A stretch of DNA of 60,591 bases, counting the filler, from Dugesia japonica (Eukaryota): the NCBI GenBank assembly GCA_001938525.1. It is 5 parts of 5 records of this genome, joined end to end, with 100 filler letters (N's around TTAATTAATTAA, not from the genome) between each part and the next. Parts side by side here need not be neighbours in the genome. Positions count along the whole stretch, not along the records: positions 26,116 to 36,669 come from MQRL01538077.1; positions 36,770 to 46,555 come from MQRL01564510.1; 3 more parts are not named here. One strand, written 5' to 3'. The notes beneath the pieces are model-generated. The model did not search any database, was not told the origin of the DNA, and was given only the letters and a program-made list of their open reading frames with translations. Below are positions 27,150-41,667 of this stretch, one piece after another. The translations under genes were made by a program, and so were the position numbers. Position 1 is the first letter of the stretch, and every line of letters begins with the position of its first letter.

Positions 27150-27620
27150 CCTAAAAACTATAACCCCGACACCCATTCTGTCTTTATTTTCCTTTTTAAA
27201 ATAAACGCTTTTACTCACAAACGCACCATCTACTACAAACTACAGTGCCTTTACATTATCATATGCTACCGGTCTTCCTCTTTCATTCAAACCAAAATTT
27301 ATTTAAATCCAACCAAAACTCGCAACACTAGACCTTTTAAACCGTAAACCGATAACACGTCACTGTAACCAACAACAAAAGTTTTGTAAATAGTTATCTA
27401 TAAAATTCTATACCGATTTACAAACATTATTTAAATACATCATCAAAACCCAAAAGAAATTTTAAAAAAATGAAAAAAAGATTTGAAAAATTAAAGATAG
27501 AGGATAGAATAAGAAGAAAAGAAAAAAATCCGTAATCAATCGAATCGGAAATCAATAATCAATCACATCGAAAATCAATAATCAATAAATGGGNGATAAT
27601 TCATACGTTTGCAGACCCTA
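27150..27620 (-). mobile_element. hAT end fragment with subterminal repeats
   Basis: CGTTTGCAGACCCTA (reverse complement TAGGGTCTGCAAACG) resembles the 2939 TIR; AATCAATAATCAAT subrepeats. Confidence 0.4.
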
Positions 27621-30600
27621 CTGTCATGTATAAAAATGGTGGATTCATGCTGACCAATCTACGCACTAATGTATTTTTCGTTTTGTCCAATCCTGATAGT
27701 ATTTTGAAATTTATCCTTTGAATAATATGGGTATATAGACCACAGAATGAGTTAGCTAAAATCAAAACCATACCATTTACATGGAGGGCTCTATCAAATT
27801 ATGAATGAAATGAATTTGTGAATATAAAAAAATATGTCTTTTTGTCAATTCCCAGCAAATTATTAGAGTAGATTTGGACTAAAGTTTGACGTTTATAACA
27901 TTGTCAAAAAACCTCAGACACANGGATTTCTTTAGTTTTATTAAAGTTTGAAAAATAAGCCAGTTGTGAACAGTGACGGATCTAGGAAATTTTTCATATG
28001 GGGACGATTTAAAAAAAATTACGTCATTTATTATGTAATCGAAAGAGTATTTGATTTGTTGTTTAAATAAAGTTAAATTAATAATTTTGGTTTAAATTTA
28101 CTAAGGGTAATAATTTTTAATTAATTTTCGCGGAAATCTGGTAGAAAAGTCCCTTTTTTAAATATTTAATTTTTTTAAAAATAAAATAAAATTTTTTTAA
28201 AATTAAGAAAATAAACTGAGGCTTAGATCAAAAAATATCTTATTTTAAAATTTTTATTAAGGTTAAAAATTTCAAAAATTTGTAAGGTTTTCAGGCTTTT
28301 GTTGTTTGATTTAATTACTTTACAATTCATGAGAAATTTGTTGATATATGTCTACTTTTGTTCCAATGGTCTAGGAGCATACCTGGAAATTTTAAGCCTT
28401 TGCATCACCTATGTGACATGCTCCCCTTTCCTAGATTCAGCGCAACTTTGCGGTATCGCGTCTTACTCTCTTAACATTGATCACCTGCTCAGTTCATAGT
28501 TTATAGATAATTAATAAACTAGTAAACTGGTCATTAAATGCTACCAGAGATTTACAACAGTTAAAATTTATTCCAAATCTATAACTATTCATTTATATAT
28601 GTATTGTCACTATGTCCAACTTTATTCATTTAAATCCATTCTATGTAGTACTTTCCTTCATCGTCGATATATGGCCACACATATGCATTTCCCTCTAGCC
28701 ATCCGTAATCTCTCCTCATTTTCAGTTAAATTCAAACATTAAGATAAAAAAAATTCAAATTCGCTTTCACTTTGCAGCCGTTTAGTTCGTTTATTATTAA
28801 CTATTCAAATTATTATTAATTCAATTTCCTGTGTTTCTACTAACTACTTTATAAAAAATTATTGTAAAATGTATTTTCAAATGTTTTCTTATAACTCCAC
28901 AACTACGAATAAAAAATTTAAAATAATCATTATAAATATGACATAACGAGGACCAAAATAAAGGAACACAAAATCCCTTCCAACTTCTATTCAGCCCATA
29001 CCCTGATTAATACGACCGACCTCCCATGATCATACACATGCAAGTTCCGACATAACACCTTTCATATATTAGTATTTACACTGATACCGTTTACTCTCGA
29101 ATATTTGGCGTAATTCCGACATAATTTATTTCAGGTATTCGTGTTAATCCCCGAAGAATATTTCTCTCAAACATCTGCAACCATTTGGATATCATTTTTC
29201 TCTTAGATTTGTGATACTCTCGACCCAATTTTTGCTCATACGTCTGTATTATTTTCTGCAGTATTTTCTTGCAAGTATTTGTGATGAATTCGACGACATT
29301 CTGTGCATATTTCTGCATTATTCTCTGCAATAATTTCTATCAGACATCTGTGACACTTCCAACATAATTTTTTGGCAAATAACTATGATATTCTGTAACA
29401 TTTTCTTTTAGACCTCTGTGTTACTTTTAACATACTTTTTAGTCATATAATTAAGATATATTCAGCCATATTTTCTTTCAGACAACTGTGATACTTTCAC
29501 CATGATTTTTCTCTTGTTCAATACTCATGATATTTTCTACAGGACTTAAATGCAATCATTCGTGATCATTCGGACACGATTTCTGTCGTAAATTTGTAAT
29601 ATTTTCTACAGCATTTTCATCAATTTCTCTGNGATATAATTTACAGAAACACGATCATTGGTTCACACGGATGGACATCCAGAAAAGGCTCGCAATTACA
29701 AATTAATAATTATAATAAAATAAACTCAAAATTACTTTTGCCAAAGTTGATAGGTGTCCGCTCTAATAAATAGTTTTTTCTGAATCGCTATTATAAATTA
29801 GAATTAGGATATTTTAAAATTTCGTTTAAATGTTTAAATTCGTAATAAGATTTTATTTAAGGAGTGTGTGATTTCTTCGTATTGTTATGTTTTATTGCTC
29901 CTGAGGGAAAGAGAAATTGGAGCTGTCGATTAGCTAGCCAACCNNNNNNNNNNNNNNNNNNNNNNNNNNNNNNNNNNNNNNNNNNNNNNNNNNNNNNNNN
30001 NNNNNNNNNNNNNNNNNNNNNNNNNNNNNNNNNNNNNNNNNNNNNNNNNNNNNNNNNNNNNNNNNNNNNNNNNNNNNNNNNNNNNNNNNNNNNNNNNNNN
30101 NNNNNNNNNNNNNNNNNNNNNNNNNNNNNNNNNNNNNNNNNNNNNNNNNNNNNNNNNNNNTGATTCAGCATTTGGAAAAACAGCAGATAAACATAGATAG
30201 TGCTTGAACTAGTTGTTGTTATTTTCGTTAATTAACGAAATAATAACGAAAATTATAATAAAAGTAATATTAAGAGAATGTTCTCTTTATTATAATAATA
30301 AAATAAGGTTGTAGAGACCTCTTTATTTATATCATCGTAGAGTATTATTTTTAGTATATGCTTCTCAATAATATTCATCTTATAAATAAATTAATATTTT
30401 CTTGTCATCCATTCTCAATTTTCCTTTTTATAATTATAATTATATAATAATAATAATATTAATAATAATAATCCATTTCTGGCCCAGCACTATTTCTTTA
30501 CACTATTTTTTTCTCATTTTTCTCGTGATTTGCTTTATGTGCTTTCTTTGCCCTTCATTTTTAAAAATTATCATTCTGAGTTCAAATTATAAACCATAAA

Positions 30601-31355
30601 TTTATTAAAGTTTTAATTGCCTATAAATTATTACTTTTTAAATAAAATGCTACGAATTTTAATTATTTAAAAATTTCTATATTCGATTATGGGTGGGGGC
30701 GATTGCTCCCATCACTCACTTGTGAATCCGTCCTTAGTCGCGAAAGTGAAAAGAAAACATGAAACTTTATTTAACTATTATATATATTCATTAAAATAAA
30801 AGCTTCGATCAAAATTTGTTTTTGTCTCATTCAGGAATTGAGAAAATTTGAATACCAATTTTTTTTGTCACCATAAAACTAGAAGCAATTATTTTTTATG
30901 TCCGATAAATGAAAATGGGCATATTAGATTAATAAAAAAGTTTTCTATTGAAAAACTGCTTAATAATTCATACTACTCGTGTGTAAAATATAATTAGTCA
31001 GACATTGATGTAATACTTGACTCAGCCATTTCGTAAATTGTAATTATCTAGGCACGAAGTTAAAAATTTAATTGGCTTAGAATGAAATACAAAAATATAT
31101 GAAAATGTAAGTATATTAAATTAAATTAAATATAAACCAATTATAAGAAAATTTTTTTCGACTATTAATTTTAGGTAATATTTATTATGTTTTTAGAAAT
31201 GTAAAGTTGGTACTTTAAATTAAGCAATTAAATGATTAAATTTCATATAAATTTCAAATTTCAATTATTTGTAGTAAATTATAGTAGGTTTATATTTTAT
31301 ATTTTTTAGTTATTTGTTTTAAGAAATAAAAGAAATATTTCAACCTTTACGAAAT

Positions 31356-31782
31356 ATGAGTGAAACTGTTCATCCAGCGGTTGCAGACGTAATTTGAAAA
31401 TTATTTTTGCTAGTTGTAATTTTAAGTATTTTATTAGTACAAATCAATTAAAGTTACTGGGTTAAAACCAGGAGAAAAAAAATATTGGTGTGCCTGTGGT
31501 TTAAGTAAAAATCAGCCATGGTGTGATGGTTCACACAAAGATACTGGTATAACTCCATTAGAGTTTGTCGTTCCAGAATTAAAACCAGGAGAAAATGCTG
31601 AAACTAAAGGTTATGGAATGTGTCAATGCAAGCATAGTAAAAACAAGCCGTTTTGTGATGGATCACATAAAAAATTACAACCAATTGTAGCGGATAGAAT
31701 AAAGGAGTGTAGTAAAAACGGCCATCTTGAAAAAGGCCAGAAAAAGTTGTGTACGAATTGCGGCCATGTTCCTGATTTTTAA
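31356..31782 (+). CDS. CISD3: CDGSH iron-sulfur domain protein 3 (MiNT-like, two CDGSH domains); exons 31356-31388 and 31438-31782 (possible further 5' exons)
   Basis: 49-nt GT-AG intron. [11 protein letters not shown]|[40 protein letters not shown]...[21 protein letters not shown]...[10 protein letters not shown]. Missing from the supplied ORF track. Confidence 0.9.
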
Positions 31783-33064
31783 ATTTCAAATTAATTAGCT
31801 TAGCTGTTATTATACTAATGAAAATATAATTAGTTTTTTTTGCTATTTAATAATAAATGCAATTGATTATGAAATTGATTCATAAATTAATTAATCAATT
31901 AAATACTAAAAAATTCCCGTCAATGGTACCGGGAGAATAAATTAAATAGTAAACACCTTAGCACAATTATGTTAAGTTTTAAACCTTTTCTGTTATGGGA
32001 AAACAATTTTTACGAAATACAAAAAAATTAGACTTAAGCTGGTTTGTCTTTCTCGTTTAAAAAATATTTTTCAATTTCTGTTAGTTATAAAGCTATTTGG
32101 TAAAATAATTTATTTACACATTCATCTAAAGATTAAATATCCCACATAAATTACAACTATTTTAATTTATCCAAAGCCTCAGATGATTTCGAAGTATTAT
32201 AATTTCATGGTTTGTAATTCTGGGACAATATTCTAGTTTCCTATGAACACGNTGAACTTGCATCGTGGTGTACTGGGTTAGTCTGAGTTATTCAATTATG
32301 CTTTTTTACTAAATTAAAGCTGAATTAGACATAACTAAGGCTAATTATTTCCAATATCATTCTGAGGTCGTTTTTAAGTTAAATCAAACCCTATTTGTTG
32401 GGTATTTAATTTATTGGTTTACTTAATTTGTGTGATCAATAGGCCAAGTTTATATAATGAAATTCAGTGTTAATTAGATACATATTTATAGTAGAAAGAA
32501 TTTGAGATAGAATATTATGTATTGCCTTAAGGGTCACTTTGTACTCGTAAAGATAAGTGGAAAACTTTTGGTTTTTCCTATATTTAATATCTTCAATTGA
32601 AATGACTGAATTTTTTGAAATATTAAAACCAACATGAAGTTTATGCAGACCTATACATATACACAAAACACACAAGAAAATTCGATCACATAAAATTTCA
32701 TAGATTTGCTGTGAAATCGATTAAATTAAATAAATAAGTGTTTGCGTAGATTCAAATAGTTTAGAGGGAATTATATCAGTGGCAAAGCTAACTAATTTTG
32801 AAAAGGTGATGAACAGTAACAAAGAAAATGGAGAAAGCTCAATCGACAATCGCTACATTTAAAGATTACAAAGCAACTGGAAATTACTAACGTAAAATTA
32901 ATAGTGGAAACAAAAAAAATGACTAATACTGACAAGAGTTAACTGATGTTGCGATTTTTATTCAAATGTAACTTAGATTTCCTCACAATACGTGCTCTAA
33001 TCTGATTCCAAAATCAGTTCATTTCCAATGGTGGTAAATTAAGAGAGTTTGGAAGGAAAATAAA

Positions 33065-33185
33065 TTAGTGTGGTACTATCTTAAAGATATAATGACGGAC
33101 GAGAAAGAGTAATTAGATATGGATTACACGCAATGATGGGCAACGAGAAAGGATATTGTAATACATGGAAAAAACTACAAGGAAA
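33065..33185 (+). mobile_element. Gypsy RNase H remnant
   Basis: VVLS*RYNDGRERVIRYGLHAMMGNEKGYCNTWKKL, similar to VIAYGSHAISDHEKGYGITRKEL at 44012-44410. Confidence 0.6.
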
Positions 33186-34448
33186 CTATTAGTTTTGTGT
33201 TAATTTCAATTATTACTTATGTGAGTATATTTTGTAAAGCGAGTTGAAATTTTTGTGTGATTGGGGATCATTTTTCAAAAAATCTTTANNNNNNNNNNTT
33301 TAAATTCTAGATGAAAATTTAAATAACTTATGAGGATTTGCTTTAAAACTTTAAATGACGATTTAATAATAAAGTAAAAATTTTAATTTTTGAAAAATGA
33401 TCACCAATTAAAACACGGATATAATTTCTTTGAATAAACAAATAGTGTTGGATATAGTTTTTGTTTTGTGAATAAATCTTTTATGGAAATGAGTTTTGAC
33501 ATTAGTTATCAGATGAATACTTCAAACTCATCTAATAACTATGTAAAAAGGTGTTCTTAGAACACACCATAAACCTGTCATTTTTCTGGTAACAACCAAA
33601 ATACCGATCACATCACAGTTTAGGATCTGTGAGTTCTGTCTTTTTATTCATGAATATTGCAATTTGTTGGCGCGTATGTTATTTTNAANTTATTGTTTGG
33701 GCATCTTAATCCTTTCGCTGCTCCCACCTTATATGCTCGTTCCGGATATTTTTTTAAATTGTACCCTACTGAACATGATCTTCTTACGTTCGGTACTTCG
33801 TACCTAATTGATATCGCTCTTTTAGAGTAGTTTTGTGCACGAGCGCAAAAAATCAAAATGTATTGCGCAGTGAAAGGATTTATGTACTTTTAAAATGTAT
33901 TTTACAAAATCCTTTGCAACTGAGATTAATATAATAAAGTTTAGTATTGACGGACTTTTATTTTTTGATTTCGTAGTTAGTTTAATATAACTGCTGAACT
34001 ATTATAATACTTAATTAAAAATCAAAATGGGCGAGATACAATGAATAATAAGTTAAATTCAATGAGTGTCTTTTAGAGACGTTTCAGTTTAATATTAAGT
34101 TCTGTAATAAATTCTACATTAATGTCTTTGACAATAAATCAAATTTTACATACTGAATCATATATAGATCGTAATGAAGTTAACACGTTTTTGAAGGTAT
34201 AGTTATGTTAGACTTGAANNNNNNNTGAAATTAATGTGACATAGTATTTACTAATTAGATTGCCGATAATAAAAGAAGCTTAATCTTGGGTAATAAAAAT
34301 AAATTTCACCATATACTTGTTGCATAACGATAACTGAAAATATAAATTTTGACTGTACTGTGAAGAAAAATATTCAATTCATTAATTTAAATCAATTAAT
34401 TAATGAAAAAGATATAAATAAATTGATTTATTAAAAATTGACAATTAT

Positions 34449-35246
34449 TTATTTTGTAAATTTTATTCCATATCCAATTTCTGCACCACCAGATACAGGA
34501 ATGTCCGATCCAGTTATGTGCTTAGCCATTTCTGAAGCTAGAAACATGCATGCATTCGCAACATCAATAGGTTCTCCAAGGTTACCAAGTGGTATTAATT
34601 TTTTCATTTTGTCAATTTCATTTTCATAAATAAGTCCACCTTTTATTCTACAGTTATCAATGGTATTTTGCACAAGTAAAGGCGTATTAATGATACCAGG
34701 AGATATACAGTTTACACGTACTCCATTTTCCGCTTCATCCAAAGCCAATGATTTCGTCATAGCCGTTATAGCCCCTTTAGTAATAGCATATGTCACTGCA
34801 TTCCTTTGACCAATCGAACCAACCTGGCTGCTCATATTAATTATGCATCCGCGGTATTTTCTCAGCATCGGCAATGAGTACTTTGAAAACAAAAAATGGC
34901 TTTTAACGTTAATACTGAACAACAAGTCAAGATCGGAACTAGAAAAATCATCTATTTTCCTATCTTCTGGATGAGTGCCAACGTTATTTATTAAACAATC
35001 TAATTTACCACCGTGCACATTTTCTAAATAGTTAATAACTGATTTTATATCATTCTCTACAGTAACATCACAGAACAAAAACATAATATTTCGCCCATTT
35101 AATTCGTTAACTATTTTGTTACCATTCTTTTCATCATTTGAACAGAAAATAACAGTTGCATTAGTACTAGCAAATTGTTTAACACAAGCAGCACCAATTC
35201 CTGAAGTGCCACCTACTATTAAAATTATTTTGTTATCGAAATTCAT
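34449..35246 (-). CDS. HSD17B14: Short-chain dehydrogenase/reductase, HSD17B14 (L-fucose dehydrogenase)-like, intronless
   Basis: Intact 265-aa ORF: GGTSGIG, NNVGTHP, SS..G.IGQ, YAITK, ALDE...GVRVNCISPG and C-terminal GGAEIGYG typical of HSD17B14. Confidence 0.85.
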   Translation of the reverse strand: MNFDNKIILIVGGTSGIGAACVKQFASTNATVIFCSNDEKNGNKIVNELNGRNIMFLFCDVTVENDIKSVINYLENVHGGKLDCLINNVGTHPEDRKIDDFSSSDLDLLFSINVKSHFLFSKYSLPMLRKYRGCIINMSSQVGSIGQRNAVTYAITKGAITAMTKSLALDEAENGVRVNCISPGIINTPLLVQNTIDNCRIKGGLIYENEIDKMKKLIPLGNLGEPIDVANACMFLASEMAKHITGSDIPVSGGAEIGYGIKFTK

Positions 35247-35712
35247 GATATAAATATAATTAAAAACGAAATAACGTATTTAAAACAATACAAAATTTAT
35301 GTTTATCTCAATTCTTAATGAATAATCATATAAAATCAAAATCCAAAGTCTTAAAAAATTCAATGTATGTAATAACTCTTGTTTCACAAAAAAGCCTAGA
35401 TTTCTAGGTTAAATTGAAAAAACTAATAGAAATGCAATAAAACAAAATATTTCAAAAAATGAATCATTAACAATTTGAAAACATCTATAAATATTTATAA
35501 ATATAAAATTATTTTTAAATAATATAAATTTAAAAAATAGCTTTTACTAAAATTTATGCTAACTTTTAATTTAAATAAAAATATTGTAAATAAAATTCTT
35601 AATTTTGATTGTTTTACTTTAAATGAATCAAAACCATTTGTTGTTTTAAAACAAATTTAAAATAATTATTAAATAATATTTTGTCAATATTATTGTATTT
35701 TTGAAGTCTCAA
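35247..35712. promoter_or_regulatory. Putative bidirectional promoter between divergent HSD17B14-like and AMMECR1 genes
   Basis: 466 bp between head-to-head start codons; no specific motif identified. Confidence 0.4.
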
Positions 35713-36104
<392 letters not shown>

Positions 36105-36669
36105 TAATTTCAATGCTTATTTAAGAGATGAATTATTATTTTAAATACATTGGTTATTAGATTAATAGTAAATTTATACAATAGCATATATTTAAAGTTT
36201 AATTACAATACTTTTAAAAATTAGCTTATAATTGTTTAAGATTTCATTATTATATCAAAGTAAATGAATTATATCAATACAAAATGGAGCAGAGAAATTT
36301 CTATATCGAATTTTGTAGTTATAAATTTATATTGAAAAAGCATATAGAAATTATTTTGTTTATTATTATTATGGGATATATTGGTTCTTACAGCTGAAAT
36401 GGTATAAATCCAGAAAACATCAAATTTTTTATGTATTTCTGTTATCAAAGTTTCACATTACGATATTATCTAAAATTATCTTGTAGTTTTTATTTGAAAT
36501 TTTCTTAACGTGACCACTGGGCAGCACTATTGAAATACAAATACACCCAACTCTTTTTTTCACATGGCAGATACGTTCTTAGGAAAACCGTGCATAAAGC
36601 GACACGATTGTTATAGTAAAAAGAGGGATATGTTCATATTGTCTGAGAAGAACCGTGTAAATCAGGGGT

Positions 36670-36769
36670 NNNNNNNNNNNNNNNNNNNNNNNNNNNNNNN
36701 NNNNNNNNNNNNNTTAATTAATTAANNNNNNNNNNNNNNNNNNNNNNNNNNNNNNNNNNNNNNNNNNNN
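36670..36769. other. Artificial contig linker
   Basis: N44-TTAATTAATTAA-N44. Confidence 0.9.
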
Positions 36770-36921
36770 GTTATTATAATATTCATAGTGATAATAATTG
36801 TGTTGATAATAATAACGATAACATTATTGAAACTTTAACACTGATGATTATGTTACAAATTTTAATAATTATCATCATATTTTTGTGATATTCTACTTAA
36901 TGATAATTCAATAATTACTAC

Positions 36922-36924
<3 letters not shown>

Positions 36925-36992
<68 letters not shown>

Positions 36993-37042
36993 NNNNNNNN
37001 NNNNNNNNNNNNNNNNNNNNNNNNNNNNNNNNNNNNNNNNNN

Positions 37043-37097
<55 letters not shown>

Positions 37098-37110
37098 GTA
37101 ATAATAATAA
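36925..37110. repeat. (AAT)n microsatellite
   Basis: Direct reading; spans an N gap. Confidence 0.9.
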
Positions 37111-38224
37111 AAAAATCATTTGGAACTAATAATTGGTGAAAGAGAAAATAAATTAACGGAATTAATTAAATAAAGATCAGAAAACCAAAAAATGAACATA
37201 TAATTAATATTTAAGAAGAAAATAAAATAAATAAATTATTGATTTAAATAAAATAAATCATACGAATTAAAATGATTTGTTTTTAAAAGAAAATTAAATA
37301 TTTCGTGAAACATGACAAAAACGACGACTTCCCAGGTGACAAAATTAGCAAGAAAGACAATTATGGTCAAGAAAAAATCGGAGATTTCGAAAATCTAAGT
37401 TAAAAAGTCATAGCAAGACTGGGAAAGGAGATACAAGGCTTTGAAAATTGACCAATGGTTTTGTAATCCAAAAATATCAACCAATAAGAAGGACTCATGT
37501 GACGATCAAGCCAATAGAAGCATTAGAAAAATTTTATGATGTCAAATAACCAATGAAAGGAAAGAGGGTGTGAAAAGAAACCGGTATAAATGCCGATGTG
37601 ATTTTCATCAAAAATCATCTAAAAAACAAGCAAAACTTATACTCAAATAAATTTTGGATCGGAATTTATCTCAAGAGGTATTAATCGCTTTAAAATTGGT
37701 GATTTGTAACGGTTTCCGACTTGATGGCTTCCAGAAATTATAAGACCCAAAATAATGGTTAAACGGAAAACAATTGGTAGTCATAATAAGTCATTTAATA
37801 CCTGTGTGCTTGCTCCGGATCGGAATTCTGGTCATGTTAGTTGTTTTATTTGTATTAATTGTTAAATTTATGTACCAGTGACTGTAAAAGTTTATAATAT
37901 ATATTTTTCACTTACTAAATTCGTTCCCTTTATTTTACACTAAAACCTAATAACAGACTCATAAAATGGGAACTGACAAAATAAGGACTACTAGGAAAAT
38001 AAGTAGTAGGACTCAAGTATGATTCAAAAATCAAGCGAGTATTATGAAATATGAACCCAAAACCAAAGAAATGCAAGTCTGTACTCGGATTCCGAGTCAA
38101 CGGCTCCATTCCGAAGATCTGGATTTTTGGTGACACCAGATTAAATTCTTCGTGGGGTTTTACTAGGCCAACTACCCAAGATTTAATTCTTAAAAAATCA
38201 ACCCACTTAGATAAAACCCCAACA
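37111..38224 (+). mobile_element. LTR-like element ending in CCCCAACA within (AAT)n; carries clustered CCAAT boxes and a TATA box
   Basis: CCAAT at ~37452, 37481, 37511, 37550; GTATAAAT at ~37584; terminus AAAACCCCAACA (38213-38224) followed by (AAT)n. Left boundary uncertain. Confidence 0.5.
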
Positions 38225-39920
38225 ATAATAATAATAATTATAATAATAATAATAGTAGCAGTAATAATAATAATAGTGATTCAAAAATATCAAAATTTAG
38301 TACAATTTTAGTTTTTTCTCGTATGTGGATGTCTGATAGTGAGAAATATTAATAAAACCTTAAATTTGAATTTTAATGTGCTTAAAATATTTATTATTTT
38401 CTAAAATTATTAAGGAAAAATTATTTATTAAACAAAGTTCGTCTTTCTTTTTAATTAATAAGGACTTCATGAATATTTTATGAATTTTTTAATCTGTAGT
38501 TTTTAAACAAATTTCCCAATATGATTTCTTCTTTGAAATATTTCAAGTAATTCTAAATTTGGTTAAAAGTTGCAATAAAAAATTCATTTTTTAATCAACT
38601 AATTAATAATAAAGAATTAAAATTAGAAATTATAACTAATACTGATTCATGTCTCACATAATTTGACGCTTTTCCAATTAGAACACCTCTTTTTATAAAA
38701 TAGCTTTACTACTAAATTATTGATTATTTATTTACAAATGAATGAAGAATGATGTAGAGGAAATTCTTCTCATAGGAATTAAACTAGTTAACACACTCAA
38801 ATGCATACACACACCAACAATATGTCGAAGAAGTGTGATGGATTATGTTTCTAGTCTTGTAACAATCCAATCACTGTCCCAGAGCAATTACGAAAGATAA
38901 TTGTATTTTTAGAGCTAATCAAATCTAATTAAGACGGATGGGAGCATTTAGCTCTATCGAATCCATACATTTGCTAGATGATAATTACGTGATTGGTGAA
39001 GACTGAGTTTAACCATTCCAGTTGACAATAATCTTATTATGAAACTAGATTGTTATATTTTAGAAATTTTCAGAAGCCACAAAATCCTTTTTCCTTTTAT
39101 TTTCTAAAAATATTATTCATTGAAATTGGTGGAAAACATCAATAAAAAAGAAAATTAATTCTTTAAAATAATGAACTCATTTTTAATCCATGAATAAAAT
39201 GAAGCCAAAATATCATTCAAAATTTTTTAATGTTGTTTGGAAAGGCAATAATTAATAAAAAAAAATCTTTCATATTTTATGTGATTTTTAAATATTTATT
39301 TTCTTATCTATAAATTTGTTAATTTATCTTTCAGATTTCATTAGAAATGAAATAGCAAAAAATTAGCAAATTTTCATTAATGATTTTACTGATAGTTATT
39401 GAAATTTTTGGAAAGTTAATTTAATTTTTATGATACTAGTCCAGTGGAGCAAAAAGGTTGTACTTTTTGAACAGATTCTACTCTATATATTCCCGGGTTA
39501 AAAGTTGCTCCTGAATAAAAGTCACCCAATAAGTATATTTTAAAATTAAATTAGATTTCGTGTATTTTAATTCGTGTTATATTTTTAGCGTAAAAATTTA
39601 ATTAAAGTTTAATTTACAATAGGTATTTTTTATTAAGTANNNNNNNNNNNNNNNNNNNNNNNNNNNNNNNNNNNNNNNNNNNNNNNNAATTGATTGAATA
39701 AATTAAGTATGATGAATTGATTAATTTCCAATGTAATTTGATTAAAACTATGCTTTTGTAGATAAATTGAATCATGTTTTGAAAATAAATTAGATTTCAT
39801 GTATATATTTTTATGATAAAATTAAAAAATTTTTACGGTTAAATTAAAATTATAATAGAAAATGCTTATTAATATAGAACAGATTAAATAATTAAATATT
39901 AATTAAACAGTACATTTACT

Positions 39921-41667
39921 AGTAGTAAAGACCTGCAAATAGTGAGAAAACCATTGATAATAATAGCCGAGTAATGATGACTGAGCACCAGTGAAGAGTA
40001 TATTTTCATCTAATTTCATCTAAAATACCACTCAAAAATTGATCTAGCCGATAAAACTATCAAACTATTTTCAGTTCTTCGGAGACTCGCAAATTAAGTA
40101 CTTGTTTTTTCAAAATAATTTTTATCTTTAAAGTTTGGTGATGTTAGATGAGGTTTTTATTGATCAGCGAAAATTTCTATATCGAATATATGGGTTTATT
40201 ATAATTTTTGAGTTACTTTTGATATTTTCAAAAAATGTTACCAAATCCGGGTACATATTCGTTAGGAAGCATTTTTCCATAGACGATATTTTTACTTTTC
40301 ATAGTCAANATTTCTTCCTGAGTAAAATAATATCCAATTTGAAAGCATACGAGTTATGTATGCAGAGAAAATTGAGTACAAAAACACAAAATTTGAGATT
40401 TTTTCACCACAAAACCCTATTTATATCATCGGGTATTAACTTTAACGATTTTAGGTTAATATATTTTGAATCAGAGACAAAGTCTCTATTGAAATGACAC
40501 TTTGTTGATCTATTTGAGAAGGAAAATATGTTCGAAAAATTTATTAGTGAAAAATGATTGCCTTAAAATTTTCAGCAGTTTGGTATAAAAATCTTTGAAA
40601 TCTGAGATATAGAACATATTTTTTCAAAATTTTGGAAAGTCCCAGCTTCCCAAAAAAAATGCATATAAAAATTTTTAATTTTTTAAAATTATTTAAACAA
40701 CATAAGCTTGCTCGCCCAGATTCCATAAAAAATCGCATAAAAAATTTTTAAAAAACTTGAAAATTTAAACAAATTCCACTTTTTGCATGAATTTCCTTTA
40801 AAATCACCCAAACTGGCACGCCCGAAGAAATATTTGACCCAATCACACAAAAATTACTAATTCCGGGAAAATAATTAACCAAAGATTACCAACATTGACC
40901 AAACCTGAGGAAATATGGGACCGAATTTACCTGAAAATTACTTTTGTGAGAAATTAATTCACCAAGTTTGTCCATACTGAGTAAATAATTTACTAACATT
41001 ACCCAAACCGAGTAAATAACTGACTGAATCGTCCAAAAATGAGTCAAATTTACCTGAACCATCCAAAATTTAACCAAATCGTCCTAACATTACCCAAATT
41101 AACCATTCGCGAGAAACATTTCAATCAAAATGCCCAAATATGAACTAAATTGACCAAATCCGAGGAAATATTTGACCGAATTACAAAAGAATCACCCAAA
41201 TTAACCAATCCAGAGGAAATATTCGATCAAATCATCCAAAACTGACTCAAACTGACCATTCCCGAAGAAAAATTTAACCGCAATCGCCGGAATCAACCAA
41301 AAATTGACTTCAATGAACCTCACCGAGAAATTTGTCAACCAATTTCACCTGAACCAACCCAAAATTTACCTCATTCAACCTCACCAAATAAATTCCCAAC
41401 TAAAAAGCCTAAAAAATATTGCCGCTTACAAAGCCTGGAAAAGTTTTTGCCAACTAAAATCATTGGAAAAAAATTTTACCGCCTAAAAAACCTGAAAAAA
41501 TATTACCAATTTAAGATTACATAATAAATTTAATTGATGGATTAAATTTCCGATTATGTAATTACATCATAGATTAAACTATCAAATTACAGATAATCGC
41601 ACAAATTATAACAAAATGGTGGGGGGGAGTTCGCACACATTGTGACAGTGATCCACTATCCCCTACT
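39921..41667. mobile_element. Repeat region bounded by AGTAG...CTACT (Maverick-like termini), with a degenerate ACCCAAATTAACC minisatellite at 40800-41500
   Basis: AGTAGTAAAG at 39921 and CACTATCCCCTACT at 41654-41667. The two ends do not match beyond 5 bp, so they may belong to different elements. Confidence 0.35.

Noticed and set aside
31604-31789. Minus-strand 61-aa ORF
   Set aside because: Antisense to the CISD3 coding exon.
36862-37119. Poly-Leu/poly-Tyr ORF
   Set aside because: Translation of an (AAT)n microsatellite spanning an N gap.
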